NCBI GenBank assembly: GCA_964453345.1
Contig: CAYVOC010000005.1
Location: forward strand, 1 to 50,823
DNA length: 50,823 nucleotides
Source of the DNA: an uncultured Aquificales bacterium
GTDB taxonomy: Bacteria > Thermosulfidibacterota > Thermosulfidibacteria > Thermosulfidibacterales > Thermosulfidibacteraceae
Direction of reading: 5' to 3'
Below are positions 32,001-40,011 of the stretch, piece after piece. A program made the position numbers and the translations under genes. Each line of letters starts with the position of its first letter. Positions within the stretch are counted from its first letter, which is position 1. The notes beneath the pieces were generated by a model. The model had not been told where the DNA came from. It worked only from the letters and a program-made list of their open reading frames with translations, and made no database searches.

Positions 32001-32405
32001 CCTGTGAGGGTTTATGATCTTTCCAAGGATCTGAAGCCGCAGGTTCGCTATAGACTCGTTCCCAAGGAGCGTCCCTATACGGAGGGGACGCTGGTGGAGG
32101 AGATGAAAAGGCGGGGGCTTGGAAGGCCTTCAACCTACGCTAAGATCGTTCAGACTATAATTAACAGGGGGTATGTGGTCAAAAGGGGAGTTTATCTAAG
32201 ATCCACGCCCCTTGGAAAGAGGGTTTACGAGTATCTCAGGCAGTTCGAACCCTACACCTCTGAGGAGTTTACCAGGACCCTTGAGGCGTATATGGACGAG
32301 GTTGAGGAGAGAAAGAGGGATTATATGCCCATTCTCAGGGAGATTTACCATGTCAGAGGCTATCTTGAGGAGGAGAACCCGCAAGATAAGGGTAGGTTCG
32401 GTTGA
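29016..32405 (+). CDS. rgy: Reverse gyrase
   Basis: N-terminal Zn finger CPNC..CAGC, SF2 helicase-like APTGIGKT / DDVD / QASGRTSR, topo IA part VVESPNKA, ATDPDAEGEKI, SAGRVQTP, ITYHRTDS, GRPSTY; TTG start after GGAGG. Confidence 0.96.
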   Translation: MKESIAYFDNYCPNCFGRVDDLRLEEVGVCAGCIGRAEGEKPCEALRKAGILKGLSDVCEAKERVNRFTQFFTDVVGEKPWSLQVIWAKRVLMGRSFAIQAPTGIGKTTFGMVMAAFLGCRSYIILPTKLLVEQVRERLSSFCHKRIVAYTGKKSEKRAIEEGDFEILITTHAFLQRNIDILKHEFGFVFVDDVDSVLKNPKNVDYLFRILGLEQWEIDEALRTDDEGRLEVIKDKIKGVLVVSSATLRPRTPRIALFRRLLGFDIQGSVSTLREVEDLYEVVGSWEEALARAAELAGKIGRGIFMFVSPDAGKEGVERVVAFLRERGISAVSYQEFSERVDDFVEGRVQVAVGIAISTNALVRGVDLPRAVRAAIFIDVPKFLFPLRLEPDPSRLFQLIRILADAIEDERLVEYLAYLRRYSTMRAQQLDRYPPVKRRVEEICAYLEKLFKSEDFKRAVADNPKLYIKDVDGEPHLVVGDATSYIQASGRTSRLVPGGITKGLSIVLVVDEKAFSSLTRRVRYLLPAETIFKPLRDADLHRILEEVERSRVVSTKGRKELFRSALVVVESPNKARTISSFFGKPHRRWLGSLVSYEVSVGTLYLVITASVGHVVDLATSPGFFGVLEEGNRFIPVYGTIKRCSCGNQLVDNLCPKCKQVVSDKLDLIERLRRLAFEVDEVYIATDPDAEGEKIAWDLYLALRPFNSNILRAEFHEVTPAAFKRALDEKRSVDMDRVKAQIVRRVADRWVGFTLSQRLQRHFGNRNLSAGRVQTPVLGWVIERDRETKERVGVLEIGLGDAVLRITGDPATLREAYKNKEELMLEVSRPFEDTINPLPPYTTSELLRDASTRLKLSAEDTMRLAQSLFEEGYITYHRTDSTRVSAYGIRVAKDYIEEKYPGLFKPRGWGEGGAHECIRPTRAIPPEQLKLMRESGEVELDKRAVDLYSLIFQRFMASQMREAVVRKVRVKVQLDGLCGEEEFIVEVVDPGFTLISPVRVYDLSKDLKPQVRYRLVPKERPYTEGTLVEEMKRRGLGRPSTYAKIVQTIINRGYVVKRGVYLRSTPLGKRVYEYLRQFEPYTSEEFTRTLEAYMDEVEERKRDYMPILREIYHVRGYLEEENPQDKGRFG

Positions 32406-33429
32406 GGTGGGTGGTGATGCACCGGTGACCGTTCAATCCATGACGAAGACCGATACGAAAAATGTCGGGGACACCCTAAAGCAGATAAGATCCCTGGAAG
32501 ATGCCGGTTGTGAGATAATAAGGATCTCCGTTCCAGATGAGGAGGCCCTAAGCGCCTTCAAATTGTATTTGAAGGAGGCGAGGGTCCCTCTGGTTGCGGA
32601 TATCCACTTCAATTACAGGCTTGCAGTTTCGTGTTTGATGGCGGGAGCCGCCTGTGTAAGGGTGAATCCCGGTAACATAGGTGGGGCTGACAGACTCCTT
32701 GAGGTGGTGAAGGCTGCGGAGGATACAGGCGCCGCTATTAGAATAGGAGTGAACTCGGGATCCCTTGAGAAAAGGCTCCTTGAAAAACACGGCGGGCCTA
32801 CTGCTCAGGCGCTTGCGGAAAGTGCGCTATACTGGTCTCATTTCCTTGAGGATAAGGGCTTTCTCAACTTCAAGGTTTCCATAAAGTCTTCCAGCGTTCT
32901 GGACACCTACAGGGCGCACCTCATCTTTTCAGAGAGGTGCGAGGCTCCGATCCACTTGGGTATTACGGAGGCTGGATTCGGAGTTCCCGCTGTAGTCAAA
33001 TCGAGCGTGGGGATAGGCTCGCTTTTGCTTCGGGGCATAGGGGACACCATCAGGGTTTCTCTCACCGCGGATCCGGTGGAGGAGGTTAGGGTTGGCTTTC
33101 ACATCCTTCAGGCCGTGGGGTTGAGAAGGGTTTACCCTGAGGTTATCTCGTGTCCCACCTGCAGCAGAAAAAGGATAGATGTAATCAAGTGGGCTGAGAT
33201 CGTTCAGAGAAGGCTTGAAAATGTTAGAAAGCCCGTGAAGGTTGCGGTTATGGGGTGTGAGGTGAACGGACCGGGGGAGGCGCGGGAGGCGGATTGCGGT
33301 ATAGCAGGGGGTAGGGACTTTTCTTTGCTTTTTAAAAAGGGTAAAGTTCTTAAAAAGGTAAGAAATGAAGAGGCCATAGAGGCTCTTCTTGAAGTAATAA
33401 AGGATATGGAGGTTGAAGATGCCGGTTGA
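32350..33429 (+). CDS. ispG: 4-hydroxy-3-methylbut-2-en-1-yl diphosphate synthase
   Basis: VQSMT, ADIHF, NPGNIG, RIGVNSGSL, HLGITEAG, GDTIRVSL, CPTCSR, MGCEVNGPGEA. Confidence 0.96.
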   Translation: MSEAILRRRTRKIRVGSVEVGGDAPVTVQSMTKTDTKNVGDTLKQIRSLEDAGCEIIRISVPDEEALSAFKLYLKEARVPLVADIHFNYRLAVSCLMAGAACVRVNPGNIGGADRLLEVVKAAEDTGAAIRIGVNSGSLEKRLLEKHGGPTAQALAESALYWSHFLEDKGFLNFKVSIKSSSVLDTYRAHLIFSERCEAPIHLGITEAGFGVPAVVKSSVGIGSLLLRGIGDTIRVSLTADPVEEVRVGFHILQAVGLRRVYPEVISCPTCSRKRIDVIKWAEIVQRRLENVRKPVKVAVMGCEVNGPGEAREADCGIAGGRDFSLLFKKGKVLKKVRNEEAIEALLEVIKDMEVEDAG

Positions 33430-34246
33430 AAGCCTGCTTTTTCCCACAAAGTTCAGGCCTGGAGCCCTGCAGTTTCTTAAAAAATTGTTGGTGTTGAAGA
33501 AAGCCGGACTCAGAAGGGTTCACATTCTTCATGTGATAGATAGGGACAAGGTCTCCTTTGACTACGCCGGATACTTAAAGGAACTCGAAGAGAAGCTCCG
33601 GAGTGAGGCGGAGGCCATACTTTCCGAGTGGAAGGAGGAGCTTTCTAAGGAAGTGGAGGTTGAAACAAGTATTGTTGTCGGGATTCCGGAATATGAGGTG
33701 CTTGAGGCGGAAAAGAAGGCCGATCTGGTTGCCATGGGCAAGCCCACTTCGGGGATTATAAAGAGGCTGTTTATGGGATCCACCACCCTCAACATCCTCG
33801 CCCATTCCACCAAGCCTGCCATAATGGCCAAGTATGAGGATGATGTAATACACGGTGACAGGTGTCTGTTCTGCAAGGTGGCCTTTGCAACCGACGGATC
33901 CGAACCGTGCAGGAGGGCGTTGAACTTTCTGCTGGAGCTTGCCCCTGTGATTCAGGAAGTTGATGTGATATCTGTGGCGAACCTCAAAAGAAAAGAGGAT
34001 ACAGCCTTCTACGAGCCCATACTGGAGGAGTTTGCTTCGCCCTTAAAGGAGGCGGGCTTGAGGGTTTCAACGCACCTTTTGACGGGAACCCCTTCCAAGG
34101 AGATCATAAAGTTTGCCGAGGCTGTGGGATCGAGCATGATTGTTGTGGGAACAACGGGCAAGGACGCCATAGAAGAGATGATCATAGGAAGTGCATCCCA
34201 CAGAATCCTTGAGAAGGCAAAGGTTCCCGTTATGGTGGTTCCATGA
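33419..34246 (+). CDS. Tandem-domain universal stress protein
   Basis: Two USP repeats (FMGSTT; ATDGS..GTP..IVVGTTG..IGSAS). Confidence 0.88.
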   Translation: MPVESLLFPTKFRPGALQFLKKLLVLKKAGLRRVHILHVIDRDKVSFDYAGYLKELEEKLRSEAEAILSEWKEELSKEVEVETSIVVGIPEYEVLEAEKKADLVAMGKPTSGIIKRLFMGSTTLNILAHSTKPAIMAKYEDDVIHGDRCLFCKVAFATDGSEPCRRALNFLLELAPVIQEVDVISVANLKRKEDTAFYEPILEEFASPLKEAGLRVSTHLLTGTPSKEIIKFAEAVGSSMIVVGTTGKDAIEEMIIGSASHRILEKAKVPVMVVP

Positions 34247-34274
34247 TTGTTAGCGGCTTTGTGGGGGTGGGGCT

Positions 34275-34832
34275 GTGAGAAGGGAGGCGTTGATACTTGT
34301 GGTTGTGGATCTCCAGGAGAAACTTATCCCTGTCATATACAACAGGGATGAGGTTGTGGAGAATACAAAGAAGTTGCTGAAACTTGCAGAGGTCTTTTCC
34401 ATTCCTGTGATATTGACTGAGCAGTATCCTAAGGGCCTGGGAAGGACGATTCCGGAAGTGGAGGATCTCTACAACGAAATAAAGACGGATAAGGTCAAAA
34501 TAGAGAAACTAACCTTTTCCTGTGTGAGGGAACCTTCCTTTACAGATCTCTTATCTGCCAAGAGAAAGGAGGGCAGGGGAGAGGTTGTGGTCTGTGGAAT
34601 AGAGGCCCATATATGCGTTTATCAGACGTGCATGGATCTCAAGGATATGGGATACAAGGTTTACCTTGCCGGAGATGCAGTTGGATCGAGAAAGGAATTT
34701 AACCACAGGCTTATACTGAACTACCTTGTGTCAAGGGATATAGAGGTCGTTCCCACGGAAACCCTGATCTTTGAACTTCTTGAGCGTTCCGATACGCCCG
34801 AATTTAAGAGCATGCTTCCCTATTTAAAGTGA
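34275..34832 (+). CDS. Isochorismatase-family hydrolase
   Basis: VVDLQEKL, TEQYPKGLGRT, K..FSC, GIEAHICVYQT. Confidence 0.9.
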   Translation: MRREALILVVVDLQEKLIPVIYNRDEVVENTKKLLKLAEVFSIPVILTEQYPKGLGRTIPEVEDLYNEIKTDKVKIEKLTFSCVREPSFTDLLSAKRKEGRGEVVVCGIEAHICVYQTCMDLKDMGYKVYLAGDAVGSRKEFNHRLILNYLVSRDIEVVPTETLIFELLERSDTPEFKSMLPYLK

Positions 34833-35542
34833 AACTCAAGGTCTGTGAGGTTTTTAGGTCGATACAGGGGGAGGGTCTCAGGGTAGGGGAGCCCTCCCTC
34901 TTTGTTCGCCTTTCCGGGTGCAATCTCCACTGCGAGCACTGTGATACCAAATATTCCTGGCACGAGGGTGAGTTTGTGGAGACCTCATCCCTTGCCGAGA
35001 GGATCATTTCAATTGGCATTCCAAATCTTGTGATAACCGGGGGTGAGCCTACACTCCAGGCGGTTTCCCTTCTGGATCTTCTGAAAAGGGTCAGGAAATT
35101 TGCATCTTCAATAACAATAGAGACCAATGGAACCCTGTGGAACAAAAGTGTCATAGATGTGTTCAATTTGATTGACCTGATCTCCCTTTCCCCAAAGCTG
35201 CCATCATTTGCTGGGTCTATTCAGAGTTTGAACAGTGTTTGTAAGATTCTCCAGAAGTATCCTAACAAGGTTTGTTTGAAGCTTGTGGTTTCTACCGGAG
35301 GGTATCGGGAGCTGGAGGGGTTTCTTCGAGATCTGTGGGATAGGGGAGTAAGGGTCTCCCAGGTTTTTCTGCAGCCCGATTCCACCCTTGCGAATGACCT
35401 CGATGGTTATATTCGGCTCTGTGCGAGACTCTGGGCAGAGGTTCCTGAGTGGCAGCTCAGGCTTAGATCCCTGAAGGTCACCCTGCGCTTTGTTCCCCAG
35501 CTTCACAGGCTTCTGTTCTGGAATGTGGACAGGGGCGTATAG
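34829..35542 (+). CDS. queE: 7-carboxy-7-deazaguanine synthase (radical SAM)
   Basis: EVFRSIQGEG, FVRLSGCNLHCEHCDT, TGGEP, IETNG, SPK, PQLH. Confidence 0.85.
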   Translation: MKLKVCEVFRSIQGEGLRVGEPSLFVRLSGCNLHCEHCDTKYSWHEGEFVETSSLAERIISIGIPNLVITGGEPTLQAVSLLDLLKRVRKFASSITIETNGTLWNKSVIDVFNLIDLISLSPKLPSFAGSIQSLNSVCKILQKYPNKVCLKLVVSTGGYRELEGFLRDLWDRGVRVSQVFLQPDSTLANDLDGYIRLCARLWAEVPEWQLRLRSLKVTLRFVPQLHRLLFWNVDRGV

Positions 35543-35562
35543 TTTCAGTTCCTCTGCATCTT

Positions 35563-35590
35563 ATTTTACATAATATACATTATCGTTCAT
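35563..35590 (-). other. dif-like XerC/XerD recombination site (chromosome dimer resolution)
   Basis: Minus strand ATGAACGATAA-TGTATA-TTATGTAAAAT vs E. coli dif GGTGCGCATAA-TGTATA-TTATGTTAAAT: identical spacer, XerD arm 10/11. Intergenic, at the point where gene orientation converges. Confidence 0.8.
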
Positions 35591-35648
35591 TTTGGTTTTG
35601 GCGCTGGACTTGACTAAACCTTTAAGAATTTCAGTTGCTTGGGTTGTT

Positions 35649-35679
35649 AACCCTTTTGTGCCAAAGTTTGGCAAGGGTT
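35649..35679. repeat. Imperfect inverted repeat in the convergent intergenic region
   Basis: AACCCT..TGCCAAA-G-TTTGGCA-AGGGTT. Confidence 0.5.
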
Positions 35680-35738
35680 GTTGAACAGGTGTGGTAATTG
35701 TGGATTTTGCGCCTTGGGATTTTCGTAAGGTTCTGGTT

Positions 35739-38348
35739 TTAAATGCCGAGCATTTCCCTCAAGAATCTTGAGGGCTTTTCCTCAAAGCGGGTGTATTTGG
35801 AGGAAAATCGATAATAGGTAATGAAGAGCTTTTCGGTGGCCCTTGTTATGGCTGTGTAGCAGAGGCGTCTTTCCTCTTCCATCTCCTCTTCCACTCCCAT
35901 TGCCCTGGAAAGCGGGAACTCCCCCTCCACCATTCCCACCAGAAAGACAACCGGGAATTCCAGTCCCTTTGCTGCGTGAACTGAGAGCAGTCTTACCCCC
36001 TCGTCCTCCTCCGCAAGCCCCGAGTCTATCAGGAATCTCAGGTAATTCAGGAAGCTCTGAATGCTACCGGTTCGGCTCCGCTCTTCGAAGTCCTTTGCCT
36101 GTTTAAAAAGCTCCTCAATGGAGTTTAACCTTACCAGTCCCTCTTCCGTATTCCTCACTTCAGGGGATCTGCCAAGATAGTGTATTAAAAGGGATAACAC
36201 TTCGGAGGGCCTCGTGTATTCTCTCACCGACTCTATGAGGTTGCCGAACTCGGGGTTGGTGTCCGCTTCGGGAGTGGTCATGCCGAGTATGTAGGATCTG
36301 TTTTTCAGCCTTTTGAGTATTCCGGGGCCTCCAGTGGCTGCGTATTTCAGAAGATCCATGGCGAAGAGCACCTCTTCCCTCTTGTAGAAGCTTTTTCCAA
36401 ACTGGAAGGAGTAAGGAACCCTTCTTTTCTTGAACACCTGTTCAAAGAGCCTTCCTCTGGTGTTGGTCCTGTATAGGACGCAAAAGTCGCTGTAGCTGTA
36501 TCCTTCCTTGAGCCTGAGTATGTCTATGATGTCGCATACAAAGTCGGCTTCTTCCTGGGGAGTGTTTAGTGCCCTCACATCTATGTAGAATCTGTCCCCC
36601 TCTCTTCTGGTCCAGAAGAGCTTAGGCATGCGTTTTTTGTTAAATTGAATGAGGTTGAAGGCGGCGTCCCTTATCTCCTTGGGGAGTCTGAAGCTTTGGG
36701 TGAGCTTATACACCTTGAAGTCTTCCCTGTTCTTAAGCTGCCAGAGGTAGTCCGGGCGTCCTCCCCTCCACTGGTATATGGATTGATCGTCGTCTCCGGT
36801 CACGAAGAGCCTTTTCCCCTTCCCGAGGCTTTCAAGGATGTATATCTGGGCGGTGTTCAGGTCCTGGGCTTCATCTATCAACAGATGATCAAGCCTTTCC
36901 CTATAGAACTCTGCTGCCTCCGGAAATTCCTTGAACAGCATGGCGCAGTAGTAGATGAGATCATCGTAGTCCAAGGCCCTTTCCTCTATGATGGTCCTTT
37001 GATAGGTGTCCCAGAAGGCGTTTAAGAGATCCCTCCACCTTCCGGTTGCGCTTTCAAGCATCTGCTCTTTGCTCAGAAGCCCTGCCCTGGCCCTGTGAAA
37101 TCTGTTCAGAAGGTCCTTCACCACGGGTTCCGGAGCGCTGAAGCTTTCCGTCAGTCTTCTGGCTATCTTCTGGGCTAAGTGCCTTCTCTGGGATGGCGGA
37201 ACAATGCTGAAATCCTCCGGCAACCCTAACAGGTGGCCGAATCTGCTCAGTATCCTCAGGGCTATCTGGTGAAAGTTGCCTATCCAGGTCTCTTCCGCTT
37301 TGCCGCCCACGTATTTTGCAAGGCGTGATTCTATCTCCTTGTATCCCCTTATGCTGAAGGTTGTGATGAGGATCCGGGAGGGTGAAACCCCTTCCTTTAT
37401 GAGCGAAACCGCCCTTGCTATGAGGGAGTGGGTTTTACCGGTTCCCGGTCCCCCTATCAGAAGCACGTTCTTTGATTTTTCAAATACCGCTTCTTTTTGC
37501 TCTTCCGTGAGTTCCGACAGGATCTCAGGTTCCTTAGTTTTATGCGTCTTTGCAATTAGCGGTTTTATCCTTTGTCTGTCCAGTTTTATGGCATTCAGGA
37601 AGTCTCTGCATGAGGCGAAGCGCTCTTGGGGATCGGGGGATAGGGCTTTCTCTATAGCTATTTTCAATCTATCGTCGATATCGGCGCAGGACGGGACTTC
37701 CACGGGGTTATTTATTTTTCTTATCAACTCTTCCAGGGTCTCCGCCCTGTAGGGGTGAACTCCTATTAGCATTTCATATAACATGGCCCCACAGCTCCAT
37801 TGATCTGATAGATGGCTGAAGTTGCCCTTCCATGCCTCTGGAGCCATGTATAGTGGGGTTCCTCCCATGCTCATGGAAAGGTCGTTCTGGAAGATTTTAG
37901 CGAGACCAAAATCGAGAATTTTTATTATTCCTTCATTTGTCACTATAATGTTCTCCGGCTTCAGGTCCCTGTGGACCACTCCCCTTCTATGTGCAAAGTC
38001 AATGGCGTCCAGAATCTGTTCCATGTAGAAGATAGCCCTTTCGGTGCTTAGGGGTGCTTCCCTGTCTATAATTTTTCTCAATTGGGTTCCTTCGACAAAC
38101 TCCATAACGATGATCAATCTGTTCTCCACAAGGTCGACGGTATAGAAACGAACAATGTTGGGGTGATCCAGTTCAGACAGGACCCTTGCCTCTTCCAAGA
38201 GAGGATCTAAATTGCTGGGGGAAACCCTGATGATCTTTACGGCAAAATCTTTTTTAAGGAGGGTGTCTTCGGCAAGGTATACGTCCCCGAATCTCCCTCC
38301 CCCGATCCACTTCTTGAGAAGGAACCTTCCGAGTTTCAGACCTGTCAT
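35739..38348 (-). CDS. Fusion of Hanks-type Ser/Thr protein kinase and UvrD/PcrA-like SF1A helicase
   Basis: Kinase: GGGRFGDVY, AVK, HRDLKPEN, DFG, GTPLYMAPE, SDQWS. Helicase from ~aa 279: LTEEQ, GGPGTGKT, IDEAQD, GDDDQSIYQWRG, LYRTN, HAAKGLEF, EERRLCYTAITRA, PSRFL. Confidence 0.93.
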   Translation of the reverse strand: MTGLKLGRFLLKKWIGGGRFGDVYLAEDTLLKKDFAVKIIRVSPSNLDPLLEEARVLSELDHPNIVRFYTVDLVENRLIIVMEFVEGTQLRKIIDREAPLSTERAIFYMEQILDAIDFAHRRGVVHRDLKPENIIVTNEGIIKILDFGLAKIFQNDLSMSMGGTPLYMAPEAWKGNFSHLSDQWSCGAMLYEMLIGVHPYRAETLEELIRKINNPVEVPSCADIDDRLKIAIEKALSPDPQERFASCRDFLNAIKLDRQRIKPLIAKTHKTKEPEILSELTEEQKEAVFEKSKNVLLIGGPGTGKTHSLIARAVSLIKEGVSPSRILITTFSIRGYKEIESRLAKYVGGKAEETWIGNFHQIALRILSRFGHLLGLPEDFSIVPPSQRRHLAQKIARRLTESFSAPEPVVKDLLNRFHRARAGLLSKEQMLESATGRWRDLLNAFWDTYQRTIIEERALDYDDLIYYCAMLFKEFPEAAEFYRERLDHLLIDEAQDLNTAQIYILESLGKGKRLFVTGDDDQSIYQWRGGRPDYLWQLKNREDFKVYKLTQSFRLPKEIRDAAFNLIQFNKKRMPKLFWTRREGDRFYIDVRALNTPQEEADFVCDIIDILRLKEGYSYSDFCVLYRTNTRGRLFEQVFKKRRVPYSFQFGKSFYKREEVLFAMDLLKYAATGGPGILKRLKNRSYILGMTTPEADTNPEFGNLIESVREYTRPSEVLSLLIHYLGRSPEVRNTEEGLVRLNSIEELFKQAKDFEERSRTGSIQSFLNYLRFLIDSGLAEEDEGVRLLSVHAAKGLEFPVVFLVGMVEGEFPLSRAMGVEEEMEEERRLCYTAITRATEKLFITYYRFSSKYTRFEEKPSRFLREMLGI

Positions 38349-39193
38349 TTGGCGGGAAAGAAGGTGGCATGAATGGTGTCGTCTTCGAACCTGTATCTTT
38401 TGCCCTTCACGGTTTCGGCTGAGACGATTTCGTGTCTTCCGTGCTTCATTTCCTTAAGCTGAACGGTTTCTGCGCTTTCTATCTGCTTCCAGATCCTGTT
38501 GATCTTTTTGAGATCAAGGCTGTAGCTTCTGCCCCTCATTCTGTCTTCAAGGGCGTCAAGGGCGTATCCCTTTATCAGCTTATCTTTCAAGCCCCTGAAG
38601 AGGGATCTGGTGTTGAATATATCGCAGCACAAAAATCCCCTGTTGGAGAAGGCCATTACGCCCACGGCCTCCTCTTCGGGTTCCCACCCCTGGTAGATTT
38701 CAAGATCCCTTTCCCTCTCCACAAAGCTGTGGTGCATGGACATGGTTTTTGAGGATACCCTGAGGGTTTTGAGCTTTGTCTCTATGAGGCTCCACACCTT
38801 TTCCTGTATGGCCTTGCCTTCAAAGGTCAATGTTTTTCTCAAACGGGGAAAGGCTGTGAACCCCGTTGAAAAGGGGGTGTCCCCTTCCCACCTGTTCTTC
38901 TCTATGCAGACCACGGGAAGCTCGAACTCTTCCCCTTTCTCCACCACGGTTGAGAAGAGGGCCATCCTGTCCTGCCTTTCCCCTATCAGCTCCTCGCCGT
39001 CCATTACAAATAGAAGTTCTTCTGTAGAGTTTTCTACAATCACCCTCTCTATGCTTCCCGTTTCCCTTAAAGAGGCGCCCTTGGACAGGCCCTCTTCCAA
39101 GGTTATGGTCTCTATGCACCCGTCGTCCCCCAGCACGGGAACGATGAGCATGTTGCCCAAAAGAACCGGTCTTCCAAGCTCAAGCCGCCTCAT
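38345..39193 (-). CDS. ARPP-1 / DUF6569-like protein
   Basis: Pattern TLEEGL..E.G.I..V.VEN..LFVMDGEELIG..QDR..LPVVCIE..RW..Q..VW..DIF..KL..GYALDA matches my recollection of that family; not confirmed by search. Confidence 0.7.
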   Translation of the reverse strand: MRRLELGRPVLLGNMLIVPVLGDDGCIETITLEEGLSKGASLRETGSIERVIVENSTEELLFVMDGEELIGERQDRMALFSTVVEKGEEFELPVVCIEKNRWEGDTPFSTGFTAFPRLRKTLTFEGKAIQEKVWSLIETKLKTLRVSSKTMSMHHSFVERERDLEIYQGWEPEEEAVGVMAFSNRGFLCCDIFNTRSLFRGLKDKLIKGYALDALEDRMRGRSYSLDLKKINRIWKQIESAETVQLKEMKHGRHEIVSAETVKGKRYRFEDDTIHATFFPAK

Positions 39194-40011
39194 CCAACTA
39201 TCCTTGCCTGCTTTATCCTATCCAGCCTGAAGGTCTTCTCTCTATCGTCAATCAAACAGGTGGCTCTCAGATACCACCTGTTGTGCTTGCTAAATAAATT
39301 AAGAGGAATAACCCTTCTTTTCAACTCCATACCGTTTTCGTAAACTATGTCAAGCATTTTCCCCCTTTCAATGGCCCTTACCAGCTTTCCTTTGAGGTCT
39401 TTGGGCTCCTTCATGGGTTCCTTGGGGGCGAACTGCCTGAAGTAGATGGGGGGTCCCATTACCTGCAACATCTCATCCACCGAGCTGTCCCCGCCCAACC
39501 CGCACTTTTCAAGGACAGACAAAAATATGTAGGAGGTGTGCATGGCATCTGCGAGCGCCCGGTGAAAGCCCCGGAAGGGACTGTTCCAGTATCTCGCCAG
39601 GTATTTCAGTGAATAGGAAGGCAGGTTGGGAAACAGACTTTTGGCTATTCTGCACGTGTCGAGGACGGGGTTGTCAGGCAGAGGCTTTTCGGCCTTCGCT
39701 ATGTTGTGGGCAAGAATCTTTATGTCAAAGGGTGCGTTGTGGGCAACCAGAAAAGCGTTTCTTATAAATTTTAAGAACCTTTCGAATGCTTCTACAAAGC
39801 ACGGGGCGTCCCTGACCATCTCGTTTGTTATGCCGTGTATTCCCACCACATCCGGTGGTATGGGCAAGGGAGGCCTCACTATCTGGGAGTATTTGTCCAG
39901 GATCCTCCCATCCCTTATCTTAACGGCCCCTATTTCAACTATATGTGAATCTTCGGACAGACCCGTTGTCTCCGTATCGAAGACCACAAAGGTGAGGTCC
40001 TTCAGTTTCAA
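39190..40011 (-). CDS. DEDDh 3'-5' exonuclease (DnaQ-like) fused to a C-terminal WYL domain
   Basis: FDTETTG, HNAPFD, HRALADA; C-terminal AI..G..LDIVY..RRVIP..WYLRATC..KTFRLDRI; TTG start with GGAGG. Confidence 0.9.
   Translation of the reverse strand: MKLKDLTFVVFDTETTGLSEDSHIVEIGAVKIRDGRILDKYSQIVRPPLPIPPDVVGIHGITNEMVRDAPCFVEAFERFLKFIRNAFLVAHNAPFDIKILAHNIAKAEKPLPDNPVLDTCRIAKSLFPNLPSYSLKYLARYWNSPFRGFHRALADAMHTSYIFLSVLEKCGLGGDSSVDEMLQVMGPPIYFRQFAPKEPMKEPKDLKGKLVRAIERGKMLDIVYENGMELKRRVIPLNLFSKHNRWYLRATCLIDDREKTFRLDRIKQARIVG

Noticed and set aside
34829-35542. queE beside a helicase/nuclease module as a possible 7-deazaguanine DNA-modification (dpd) system
   Set aside because: No dpdA/tgt-like, queC, queD or folE gene in the window, and queE is on the opposite strand in a housekeeping run
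35591-35738. Degenerate DnaA-box-like 9-mers (TGTGCCAAA, TGTGGATTT) suggesting oriC
   Set aside because: No perfect boxes, genes converge rather than diverge here, and a dif-like site fits a terminus better
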